The position numbers were made by a program, and so were the translations under genes. A stretch of 64,000 nt of DNA from Calcarisporiella thermophila CBS 279.70 (taxonomy: Eukaryota > Fungi > Calcarisporiellomycota), in NCBI RefSeq assembly GCF_041956535.1, contig NW_027192207.1, forward strand, positions 126,810-190,809, read 5' to 3'. Every line of letters starts with the position of its first letter. The stretch's first letter is position 1. Below, one piece after another: positions 1-10,976 of this stretch. Below the pieces are notes generated by a model. The model did not search any database and had not been told where the DNA came from. It was given only the letters and a program-made list of their open reading frames with translations.

Positions 1-230
1 GGGGAGGCCGGATTAGATGCGACGATTCAGCTAGATAAGGGAGTCATTAAGTTATATTAAATTAACGTGTACATTAACGCAGAAGAGAAGAATGGGGGAA
101 GGGTGAGGTAAAGGGGAGGAAATAGAAACACGTAACAAGTTGGGAGGAGGGATCGCTTTTTAGCCACTGCTCATCTAAGAGAGCGTGGCGGGGGGGGGGG
201 GGGGAGGAGTGTGTGGAAGCAGGCGGGAGC

Positions 231-1175
231 CTATATGTACTGCTTCTCTACGAGCTGCAGGTAGTTGCTGGGGGCAATCCCGACGGTGCCGTCCGACTTG
301 CGAGCACTCCACCACTTGCCCTGGATGCTCGAGATCTCCAGCACTTCTCCCTTTGCAAAACTGATCTCGTTGGGGTCGTCCGGGTTGGCCGAGTAGGAGT
401 AGATGGCCTTGGCCCTGTGCTGATACTCCGCGTTGGGCGTGAGTAACACGGTATCGGTGGGGTTGCCCCCGGTTGCCACGGTATGCATGGACATGGGAGG
501 GGAATGGAGGGCGGTGGCGCTCCCTCCCAGCGTGCTCCTGCCCAAGCTGTTGGCGACGAAGGGCGAAGCAGGCGGGGAGATGACGGTCTGGGAGGCGTGG
601 GAGAGATGGGATGTGCGAGGGCGCGAATGGCGAGCCGGGTGAGACATGGGGACGGCATTGACGCGGTGCGCAATGTAGGATTCATCCTCGCTGCCAAACA
701 CCAGAATCCACAGGAACTAATGGAGGAAGAGAATCCGAGTGAGCAGGATGGGCAGAGAGGCGAAGAGGAGGGGAAGACTGCGTTACCTGGACGAGGAGAA
801 GCACGACGTTGCCGGCGAGCATGACGCTCCATGCCGCGGACGAGGAGTGCATTGCGGCCGAAGACACGGAGAGCATTGCCACGCTGTACACTAAAAATCC
901 CATGACCTGGCGCGGCCATGTTAGCCCACAGAGAAGAAATGCCCAAGGTAAGCAATGCCAATACTCACTGCAAATCGGTAGGCCTGCAATTCGCCGGTTA
1001 TGATTCCGAAGATGATACCTGCTATTAGGAAGAGTTCGAAAAAGACCAGCCACCAATTAAGCCCATTTCCGATAGCGCATGTGGCCCCGAACAGGAGCAG
1101 GAAGCCGAGGGCGCTGGCACAAATGGTGATTAGGAGGAAGGGATTGCCGATGACTCGGCTGAAGTCGAAGTTCAT
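231..1175 (-). CDS. SHO1: Sho1-like membrane osmosensor (N-terminal TM helices, C-terminal SH3); 3 exons
   Basis: The hydrophobic N-terminus ([15 protein letters not shown]...) is spliced through two GT-AG introns (~968-907, ~786-720) to WILVFGSE. The C-terminal SH3 domain reads [47 protein letters not shown]. Confidence 0.9.
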
Positions 1176-2290
1176 TATCTGTATTTGTGTATATCACTCT
1201 CTCTCTATGTAGATAGATGAAGGCGGGAGGGGCGCTAAGCGCAAGAGCGGGGGCGTGATGCGGAGGTGCTGGCAGGGGGAGCGGTGATGGTGAGCGGGAG
1301 CTAAGAGCGCTTGTTTCCGCGGCCGCCTCTTCTTCAGGGGAACGTTGACAGCTGAGAGGAGGAGTGGCCGAATCTTAAAGTGGAGTGGTTGGAGACCCGG
1401 TCCAAGCCCGAGAGTTCAGTCACATCCCCCCTTCCGAATACACACCCACTCATTAACAATATAAGGAACAGCGAAGACTTCATTGCGTCGAAGCCTGACC
1501 AATGGGGCGCGCGGGCCCTCGCGCGCCATTGGCCGGCTGGATCCATCCAGGTCTAACCTATCCAGTCCTATGGGCTGCGGGCGGTCATACCACTTGGAAT
1601 CGCTAATGCGTTCATCCTTGTGGAGCGATTAAGCCGCTCGGTCCAAGACCTCGTCCGCGCTTTTTGGCAGTATGGGTTCCAAGTTTGCGTCCGGCTTTCA
1701 TGTCACCTCGTGCTGCATCTGTGTTCGGGATGTTTGAGATCGTGCAACGCGCGGGTGCTTGGCCCAGCCCCAGCCAGAGACCGCAGGGGTCGCTCGGACT
1801 CGGCGGCGCCGCAGCCGACATTGGCATTGGCATCCGCATTGCCATTCGGCCCCCATCGGCATGCCGCTCCGGCTGGCCCGCTTGCGGTTCGGAGGGCCTG
1901 GCGAGAAATCCAACTGCGCTGGCCGATTTGAAGCGCCGACCAGCCTATTGCAAATCGGCGAGTGGATCAATTTCACGACACCACTCAGCTCCTGAGAAAA
2001 ATAGAGTTGGGCTTCATCGCGCTTTTTTTGAAAGTCCCTCGCCTTCTCTTTTTTGGCTGTTGAGCGTCGTGGCTGACTTTTGGCATCCCCGTGGCATCCC
2101 CCCCCTAGGCCCCGCTGCCATCCCCAACATTTCCTCCAGCTGCCCTGCCCATTTCCCCGGCTCTGCTGGATCCACGCCGCGTACGAGCTTTTTGCATCGC
2201 CATTCCCGCTGTCTGATCTGCGTCTGTAGAAGCTCGGATCCATCTCCTTCCCTATCCCGCCCACGCCATACCTGCTCCTCGCCGGCATTC

Positions 2291-3957
2291 ATGACGTACC
2301 AGTTCGGCGCAGACCTCAACTTCGACTTCGCGGCCTCGGGAAATTTGAACCCCCCGTCCTCGCACCAGGATATGGTCTCGCACTGGCCCGCCAACATGCA
2401 CGAACTGCCTCCTCAATCCCAATCCCAATCCCAATCCCAATCCCAATCCGATCCACCGCTGCTGCCCTGCACCTCGCCGCATCCCCACCAGGATCAATCG
2501 CAGGTCATGCCAACACCCTCTGACAGCGGCGGCTACTTCGTCAACATGAACTCGGATTACATCTTCATGACGCCGCTGGCAATCAACTCTGGAAACCTGA
2601 ATATAGATGAGGGATTCGAGGACGACGATGTAAGTACCCGCCCGCTGTGGCTCTGTTGCCTTCGGCTCTGCTCTCTTGCCTACTCCCCGAAAAGGGGCCC
2701 TTTTCCTCACTAATGATCATGGATACTAATGCCTGTCCCTCCCCTCCCCCTCTAGCTATTGCTCACGCCGCTGATATCCCCCGCCGCCACCCCCTCCCAT
2801 CCATTTGCCCTGGCAGCCAGCCAGGACGCCGCCTCCAACGAGCTCTTCTCCCCACTCACCTCGCCGGCGCTTCCTCCGCAACAGCCTCCCTCAGCCACCG
2901 ACTCTTCCTCGATCGCAACCGGAATGCGTCCCCGTAAATCAGCTCCAAGGCGCACAACCGAGCCCTATTCCCGCTCGCTGCAGAAAAAGGCCGCACGAAA
3001 ACAGCAGCAGCAACTAGACTCGGCGGCAATGATGCCCCCGCCACTCCCCGTCTCGGCGACGGCGGTCTCGAGTGAACCGCACATGAGCCCCGCGACCCCG
3101 GCGTCACTGATGAATCTTCCCCCCTCCACCTCCCTCCCCTCCCCTGCTTTCATCCCCCCGTCCTCGACGTCCATACAGCCTATCCCGCCTACCGCGGCCA
3201 GCAACAGCAGCAGCACCTGCACCAGCACCAGCAACAACAATAACAACAAGACCCGCCCTGCTCTCCCAGCAAAGGCCAACTCTTCTCCCGCATTATGGCG
3301 AACGTCTCCCGCCTCTGTGCCATCCTCACCCGGGGTCAAACCCCTCATCAGCCCCAGCCTGAAGCCTCTTCTCCCCGTGGTGATGTCACAAGATGCCGCG
3401 GCACGTTTGGCGGCTAAGAGCAACTATCAGAACATCCTGGAAGGAGAGAGCCAGTAAGATTTCGGCCTATCCTTTGTTTGACTTGTTCTTTTGGACACTC
3501 TGATTCACGAGGTATTCCTTTCGCTGCTGTTCTTAGGAAACTTGGGCTGACTTTCTCCCCCGAGCTTCACTCGGGCATCGAGCACCGCCGCACGACCCAC
3601 AAAGCCGCCGAGCAAAAGAGGCGCGATCTCCTTAAGCAGTGCTTCGAGGATCTGCGCAACGTGCTCCCTGAGGTCGAGGACAAGGGAGCGAGCAAGATCA
3701 CCCTGCTGAAGAAGTCGTATGACTACATCAGCGAGTTGAAGCAGTACCACGAGAACCAGAACGATCGGATTGCCACGCTGAAGCGACAATTGAGGGACTT
3801 GAGGCTTAAGCTAGGGCTGCCAGAAGAAGATGACCCCGAGAGTGACGCTGGTGAGGACGAGAAGACAGAGGCTGCACGGGAACAAAGCGCCTCGGAGGGG
3901 CTCGAGGAGAGAGCTCAGAGCGAGGAAAGGAGCGCAGCGGATGAGGTCTTGGGATAG
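2291..3957 (+). CDS. PHO4: Pho4/NUC-1/PalcA-like bHLH transcription factor (phosphate regulon); 3 exons
   Basis: ATG at 2291, introns at ~2630-2755 and ~3454-3536. Has SP/TP-rich regions (SPLTSPAL, SPATPASLM), the LAAKSNYQNILEG motif typical of NUC-1/PalcA, and the bHLH sequence RRTTHKAAEQKRRDLLKQCFEDLR...SKITLLKKSYDYI. Confidence 0.8.
2414..2449 (+). repeat. (CAATCC)6 coding microsatellite encoding (QS)6
   Basis: Six perfect hexamer copies read directly from the sequence. Confidence 0.95.
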
Positions 3958-4699
3958 GTTTCTTATGCACACATAATCTCGTTTTTTATACGCTATTTTC
4001 TACCCCCCCCCCTCCTCCCCACTATGCTATATCATTGTAATTTATCTCTATTTATTTTTTCCTCCTCCCCTGACGCTATTTTAATATATCCTCTTTTTTA
4101 TTTATTTTCAATTAATAAATGAAGCTAATTATTAGACCATACGAAAATGGGTAACGGAATCCACCAACCCTTCCTATGCTGGTTTGGCACGCTGAACCTC
4201 CCCCCCCCCCTTCGTCTTCATTTCTAGTCGTAGACAAATCACTCACGAACCCGTTTGCTTTAACACGCGTGAGACAGTATTACACTCACGATTTGCACTC
4301 TAAACCAGAATAGTGCAGTCACCTTTTCATTGTGCATAGGGAGAGAGTGAACGAGGAGTGGGTATCCTCTACAAACCCTAATATACCCCTGTGACGGCAT
4401 GTTTAATGCTCAGCCTGGCGACCATTGGCAAGCTCGCAAGTTTTGGGGAAAAGAACTGCCTTACTTGTAATCTGAACGAGAGAGCCATGCTGGTTCACCT
4501 ATTCAATTGTATATATAACATAAATGAAAAGGCTTGTGATTAGCCATGAACCATGCTCCATTGAGCACGATCCCAACCGGACTTGTACATGCAGTAACCA
4601 GGGAGGGATGAATGGGATGCCAGGATTCATATCTGTTCGCTGAAGTAAGGTAAAAATAAAGGGGGGATAGATTTAGATTAGAATGAATAAAGGGGGGGA

Positions 4700-5940
4700 A
4701 TTCCATTTATGGCAATCACTCCCAGCTCTTCCTAATTGACTTGAACCAAGAGATATGCCGCTGGTTTGGTTTTGGCCGCTCTAGGAGCCCCTTTTACCAG
4801 GACTTGGGCAGACAAACGCGCTCAAGTGGATGCCCTACGACAAGTAGTTTCTCCCTGAAATCTACGATATCCTATGGTTTCAGGCTCGTCTAATCCAAAG
4901 CGTCTTCACTCAGGCTTCCAAGTAAGGTAGGGTAATAAGCTAAGGTCCAACTTGAGCCTAGAATCTCGAAGGCGATATAAGCTTTTACTCTGTTCAATAC
5001 TAGGACTCAGACCACCCAGGTTGATATGAAAGGCGAGCCGGCTTTTGTCTCGACCATTCTCTCCATCATAGTACTCTGTGCAAACAGAAGCTGCGGCAAT
5101 AGGCGGAAAAGCCTGTTTGGTTCATTCGTATATGTATATGGACATAGTGTAGAAGGATCTTGGCAATTCTTGTTTTAAAAGTGTTTTGAATGCATGATCA
5201 AAGTGCCCAGCTTGCTCGCTTTGCTTTCGCAATTTCCCTCGAGCTCAGCGAGCCACGGATGAATGTTATTTCCAGCTTTTCTTACACAATAAAAAAAAAT
5301 CTCACAAACCACAACCAATTTATCGAGATCAGTTGCAAGCACTTTAATGAACTTCTCCGGATCCTTGCACAGTCTTAATTTATCGACCGAAGTTCCGGCC
5401 ACTCTGGTGTTTCTTTTCGACCAAGAGGCCAGCTCCTATTTATAGAGCCCTCTGAAACTAAAAATAATTTCAAGGATTTGTGCAAGCGCAGTAGCCTATC
5501 TTCGCGAGTTGAGAGCCGCGAAACTGAAGGCGGCTCCTGAGCATCTGTCTCACTCTCTATGGCAGAACCAGCTTCGTGCACAAGGCCGACAAGAAATCCT
5601 GCCGCAACTTATTAAGAAGCCGCTGCGGATCTCTTCATAGGTTCTCCCTAGGGGATACCAAGGGGGATCCCGCAGCCATTCTGAGGAAATTGAGTTTGAT
5701 TTCAAAGCCATTTTGGCTGCCAGGGGCGGTGGTCAAAAGACACGGTATCAGAGAACCAGCTTATGCGATATTCCACAGTTTCAACTGTTCCTTTTAGTGA
5801 GAATGGAATGCGGGTCCACAGCGGGCAGCGGGTCAAGCTCCCTAACACCGGTCAGGGAGACTTGCTCTTGCCTCGCTGCTTACGGCAAGATGAGGAAAGA
5901 AAAACAAGCTCTCTTAAGTTATCTGCGCCTTTGGTAAGGC
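4700..5940 (-). pseudogene. Probable decayed coding sequence of unknown family
   Basis: Protein-like minus-strand fragments (5375-5581, 5175-5402, ~4800-5130) are broken by stops and frameshifts, with no clear introns. No recognisable motif. Confidence 0.3.
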
Positions 5941-6292
5941 CAGATACTTTTTCTGTAGTATGTCATGGTTGCTCAGAGGGACTGCTTCCTCGCGTTTGCA
6001 TCAAAGATTTGGATGATCCAAGGGAGCACCAATGGGCGCTCGATTTGACTAATCCATTGTTTGGCTCATTTTCTCTCTCATTAAATTGGGGATGGGGAAT
6101 TGCGAAGAAACGGTGCTCGCCATTATTATCTCGGTCCGGGTGCCCTGCGCCACCCCTTGACTCATTTAAACCCCTTTTGCGAGAGCTTTCCACCACGAAT
6201 ACAAACACTCGATTCCTCTCATAGTGCCCACCTTTCTCCCACACAATATCAACCCCCATTGCTCCAACTCACTCCAATATCACGGACGCAGA

Positions 6293-6574
6293 ATGCAAAA
6301 AACACAACGAAGCACCAGCCTCACCGACATCCTGCGTGAATTCTCGCATCGTCGCTTTTTCTCCTCCTCCTCAATCCACTCTACCGCCTCCACCTCAAGT
6401 AGTGAGGAGAAGATATTCTCTTTTCCCCCCATCGAGGCATTTAAGACCGGCAGCGCCGTAAGTAAAGCCGAATCGCCCCCGGTCTTATGTGAAGAGAATT
6501 GTGGGTGCTGTCGGTTAGAGCGCGAGGGTGTCTTGGAGATGGAGTCGTATGATTCAATTGCAGTTGTAATATGA
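6293..6574 (+). CDS. Candidate small (93 aa) Ser-rich hypothetical protein
   Basis: ATG at 6293 is preceded by TTTAAA (~6165) and a C/T-rich leader, and followed by a T-rich 3'UTR-like tract, the same layout as bona fide genes here. No homology recognised. Confidence 0.35.
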   Translation: MQKTQRSTSLTDILREFSHRRFFSSSSIHSTASTSSSEEKIFSFPPIEAFKTGSAVSKAESPPVLCEENCGCCRLEREGVLEMESYDSIAVVI

Positions 6575-7700
6575 ACGGTCATTATCCGTGTGTGTATTTT
6601 TGTATTTTGCATATATCTTTCCCATTAATCCTTGGAAGCCTCTGCTTTGCGTATGTCTGGTATCTGATTTATATCGTGTAAATATTCCTTTTTATTTATC
6701 CATTCGATTTCATTTCATTATTTCTCCTCTTCCCCCCCTCCCCCCTTCCCATGTCTCCCTCATTTTTTCAATGCCTATGCTTTTTTCGTGTCATTAAAGG
6801 CGAAATAGAAATGGGTTGACCAAGCTATTGCCAGATTACTCTGGAGCCGAGCATAATGGGGGTGAATGGGGTCTCTTCTCATTATTATTAATATATATTT
6901 CGCCGAGGCCATTCCAATCCCAAACTTTCACCTGACTAGGTGATCCATCAAAAGAGTAGGATGATTATACTTGTCCACAGCTTATTATGCATCTCTCGAC
7001 CCTCCACATTAAAACCTCCACTAGATCAGGTAGTATCGAAGGAGTACTTGAGTACACGCTTCAACCCTATATCATTTTCAAGTTGATATAAAGAGTGAAC
7101 ACAGCACGGAAATAGTCTTGTTTTTCCTAGGTTAAGCGATTCAATCCTAGCTGGAGCTTTTCTAAAATTTTCGGCCGAGAACAGTAGGGTATAATTTTGT
7201 CATATCTCGTACGGAGAACTGCACAAGTGTTCACCTTTCTACTTACGAGGGTGTGATTCTAACAGAGTATTTTCTTCTCACCTCCCTTGACCCCACGGAG
7301 CCAGGGTTTTCTAGCGTAGAGAATGCCAAGCTTCTGGAGCGGCCGTGATGCCTATGCTGATGCAAGCGGTCTAGATAAGGTGAAGCTATAGGTAACAAAT
7401 TGGTCATAGCGGGTCTCTAGTTCATTTCGGTCAAAATGACGAGTGGATTCGGATCGCCGGACTAGCACCCGTCATCATGTTCTAATGGCGTACACATCGA
7501 TTTTCACTTTCACTACTATGATTTCAGCACAAGTTCATTTATTTGAGAGATGTTTTTTTTAACACTATCTTAAGGCACAACCGAAATTTACAAGAGGTCG
7601 AATAATATGGAAACAGCAATAAAGGTGGGGGGCTGAAATAGAAGAGAAGAAGGGGAGATTAGAAGAGAGAGCAAGCAGCTGGCCCAAAGATCAAAGACTA

Positions 7701-8135
7701 TTATTCCTTGGGTGGTCTGCGTGCTCCTTGTGCCTGTACTTGGGGTTGACCCGGTCGCGGCTGCTGCTGCGGCGGGGGCGGCGGCTGTGGAGCAGTTTGC
7801 CAAGCTGGAGCTTGGGGTTTTGGCTGCAGCGGTTGCATGTTGAGGGGATTCAAGTTCAGTGGCTGCAGAGCGTTACCCACCAATTCCTGGGCCCTTCCGC
7901 CGCCTATCTGGGTGAAGAGGCCGCGGATAAGCCCCACCGCCGTGTTGTAAACCTGGCCGAGCGGGTCACGGATCGTGTCCAAAATGGTATCCTGGATACC
8001 GATCGGTTCAAGGAAATCCACCGGCCCAAGGATTTCGGGTATTTTGGGCCGGTTTTCTTTCGGAATGGGCGGTGGGGCCACTACCAGGACCACGCACGCG
8101 AAGAGCACTAGAGTAAATAGAATATGGGATTTCAT
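7701..8135 (-). CDS. Small secreted protein (gene A): signal peptide + conserved DFLEPIGIQDTI module + P/Q-rich tail
   Basis: Intronless 144-aa ORF with signal peptide MKSHILFTLVLFACVVLVVA. Residues 40-98 are highly similar to a segment of 12948..13901. TATAAA lies ~150 bp upstream on the minus strand. Confidence 0.85.
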   Translation of the reverse strand: MKSHILFTLVLFACVVLVVAPPPIPKENRPKIPEILGPVDFLEPIGIQDTILDTIRDPLGQVYNTAVGLIRGLFTQIGGGRAQELVGNALQPLNLNPLNMQPLQPKPQAPAWQTAPQPPPPPQQQPRPGQPQVQAQGARRPPKE

Positions 8136-8799
8136 CTATAGAGGAGGTGTTCTGCTGTCGGGGGAAACGAAGAGATTCTGGCAAAAGAAGTGAAAAAGAA
8201 GAAAGAACTACTGAACGGGATGAGTGGTGGGAAGAGATGAAATCATTTATGAAGGGGTCTATTTGGGCATACGTCCTCAAGATTTATATGGTACTCGATA
8301 GAGTGTTTCAGCATAGCAAGATATGTTTATCCTTCTCGTCATGATGGACTGAAACCCGCTAAACTTTTGACAAGGATGGCCTCCATTTGCTTTTTCGGGC
8401 CGAGATCTGAGCCAGACTTCCGGGGAGTGGGAGAAAACGATTTTCGGCAGGCAAAGTTGTTTGGTCTTACTTTTTTTCCCAGAACCGCTAGGCTATCGGA
8501 GGGCGACCACGTAATTCACCCTTTTATATGGCAGCTTAGAAGATGATTTAAGCACCATTAGGGTTGGTTTTATTACCTCATTTCCCATATGGTTGGACAT
8601 TGTGAGAAAAAAAAAGAGATCCCCTTGCTTATTTTGTCAAGGCCAATCTTTCCACGGATTATCATGAATATCTTATTTGACACTGGTAAAAAAAAAATCG
8701 ACTAGAAAAAACATCAGAAATTTGAGCGGCATGAGTTGATAAACTGCTCAAGTATGGTTTTCTTCACAGGATTGTATGGCCCTTTTCGGACCGGTGGGA

Positions 8800-10200
8800 A
8801 ATTTGTGTGTGAAAGTGTCGATTGTATGTCTCTAATAGATCGGAGACACTACATAGTGAAAGAGGATCCGCAAAGGAAGGTGAAGGATGGTTGATGGTGT
8901 TTTAACGGGAATGCCAGACATATTCCCAAAACTTCTTCTCGCATCTCTAATAGACACCAGCGCAGAATGCTATCATTTTGTGGTGGTGTCCGTGCATCTG
9001 GCCAATCTGTCAAGACAGGTAATCACAATGTCGAGTCGGAGAGGAGTTATCGGCGACAAATCCTGTACATTTCGCTGTCATTTTCTTCTGCACCACCACA
9101 AAAATATATACCTCCCCCGACCGGATAGATTTGTGAAGGATCCCTTTTCTGATCGAGCTCAATGGAGTTGGCCGTTGAGCATAGAAAGTGGGATGAATAC
9201 GCTGCTACAGTAAAGCCTGTTGCTGGTAGCTCTATAGCCTTCAATGTTGTTGTGTTCCCATTATTTTCAAACCAGTAACCTACTAAGTGGGTCGACACTT
9301 GTCTCGAAACAAAAATTTTTAGCGGCATTGATTCCCGCTTAAATTTCATTTCTGGCGATGATTCTCTGAATTTCAGAGCACCGGGAACTGACCCCCTGGA
9401 GTTGTGAAAATCAGCCGGAGCTATATATATTAAATCTGGTTACGATGATGACGAGAGGGAGTCGTTGTCGGCTGGCAACCTCTATTGAAGGAAGGAAAGC
9501 CAGTCAAGTATGAATTTACTTTTGGGGAATGGCATTCCTACCATGGGATTAGAGTTGGCCCAAATGAGGTCCCGTTTTGCTATATCTTGTTAACATGTGT
9601 GGCCCTCTGAAATGGATTTCTCCCAAACACATTGCAATAGTGGGTGGACATCTCTCTCGCATTTAAGCAACCACGCACCAGGGCATTAAAGTGGGCTCTA
9701 CATTTGGTATCGCTCCAGATCTAATAACCGCGTGTTTCGAACGATGAACATATGGGTCAACTGAAACTGAGGGGCTTCTGAAATTTGCCCGGTTATATCG
9801 TGTTAAAGATATTGAATTGCATCTTGAAAATTATCCCAAAATGATCCCCGGAGTGGACGAGACACGGGTTTATTTTCAGCCAAAAAAATTGCATAGCTGG
9901 ACCGGGAACCCGGGAATAATACGAGCCTCCGTCTGTCTCGTGGGCGATTTCTGTTGACGGTGGTCTGCCTACATCGTACGGCACGGTTATCCCCGGTTAC
10001 GAGCTAGCTTGAGGTCGACGAACGTGCATCGAGAGAGATAACGTAAGCTTCCTCTTTCTTTTCTCCCATATCACCGGTGGGGACGTATATCACAAGGACG
10101 ATCGCCCAAACTGCTCTGAGAAACGCGAGAGTTTTGCGCCCATTCCACATCCAAGTAGCTATGTTTTTAACGGTTTCGTGCTCTAATCCCTGGTGCATTT
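8800..10200 (-). pseudogene. Probable decayed coding sequence of unknown family
   Basis: Long protein-like minus-strand reads interrupted by many stops, e.g. ..RDVHPLLQCVWEKSISEGHTC*QDIAKRDLIWANSNPMVGMPFPKSKFILDWLSFLQ*.., plus ORF 9047-9349. Confidence 0.3.
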
Positions 10201-10261
10201 CCTAAATTGACCTCGGACAATCCTGTAGCAACTAGGATGGATGATCTTCCGCCGAATAGTG

Positions 10262-10279
10262 TATATATATATATATATA
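10262..10279. repeat. (TA)9 microsatellite, possibly serving as the TATA element of gene B
   Basis: Read directly; lies ~145 bp upstream of the ATG at 10422. Confidence 0.7.
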
Positions 10280-10421
10280 CTACTAAATCCAAAACACCTC
10301 GGAGCCCTATACGACCTCTACCCGTTAGTGTGTCTCTATTTTGCATTTTCTCACTTGGCATATCCATCTCGATTTCTCTCTTTTTCCCCTTCGTCCCTCT
10401 GCTAAGTTCATTAATTGAAAA

Positions 10422-10976
10422 ATGCTCCTAGTTGCATTTCTCAAGCTCCTCCTTCTCGCTATCAGTGTTGGCGTGGCTTTGGGACATGGGAAACTCACCA
10501 ATCCAGTCGGTTTCCAGATCAAGGACTATGTAAGCACAGTTGACTGCAGACGATATACAACCAGACAGCCCTGTGGAATGGGGGTGAGAATTCCCGCCCC
10601 AGAGAACCCTCCAGAGTATATGGCGGGCGAGTCCATGAGGGTCGTCTGGCGGGTGGCCAATGTCGACGGCGCCGGTCCCATGCAGGCCTATATAGACCCC
10701 AGCGGTACCGGCCAATACTTCACCCAAAACCCGGTGCGTATCCAGTCCGGTGTGCCTGGTATTATTGGGCTTGGGGCACGAGGATTTTACACCATGGCGC
10801 TCCAAACTCCCAACATAAGGTGTGCTGGACCCCAAGGAGCGTGTCTAGTTCGAGTGCAGAATGCGACCGGATTTGCCAGCTGTATCTGGGTTAGGGTTCG
10901 GCCGAGAATGGCCAAGAGAGACGAGGCTGCTGGTTCGGATGCTGAGGACACGGTTGCAAAACCGCAAGCGGAATAG
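10422..10976 (+). CDS. Secreted Egh16-like/DUF3129 (GAS1/MAS-type) protein (gene B)
   Basis: Signal peptide ends ALG|HG, giving a mature N-terminal His. Motifs NVDGAGP, DPSGTG, C.G...ACLVRVQN and GFASC. Ends with KR plus a short acidic tail. Intronless. Confidence 0.75.
   Translation: MLLVAFLKLLLLAISVGVALGHGKLTNPVGFQIKDYVSTVDCRRYTTRQPCGMGVRIPAPENPPEYMAGESMRVVWRVANVDGAGPMQAYIDPSGTGQYFTQNPVRIQSGVPGIIGLGARGFYTMALQTPNIRCAGPQGACLVRVQNATGFASCIWVRVRPRMAKRDEAAGSDAEDTVAKPQAE

Noticed and set aside
1664-2290. Long in-frame 5' extension of the PHO4-like ORF, plus many overlapping ORFs in the SHO1/PHO4 divergent promoter
   Set aside because: GC-rich promoter/UTR sequence stays open by chance. The translation is not protein-like, and ATG 2291 is the more plausible start.
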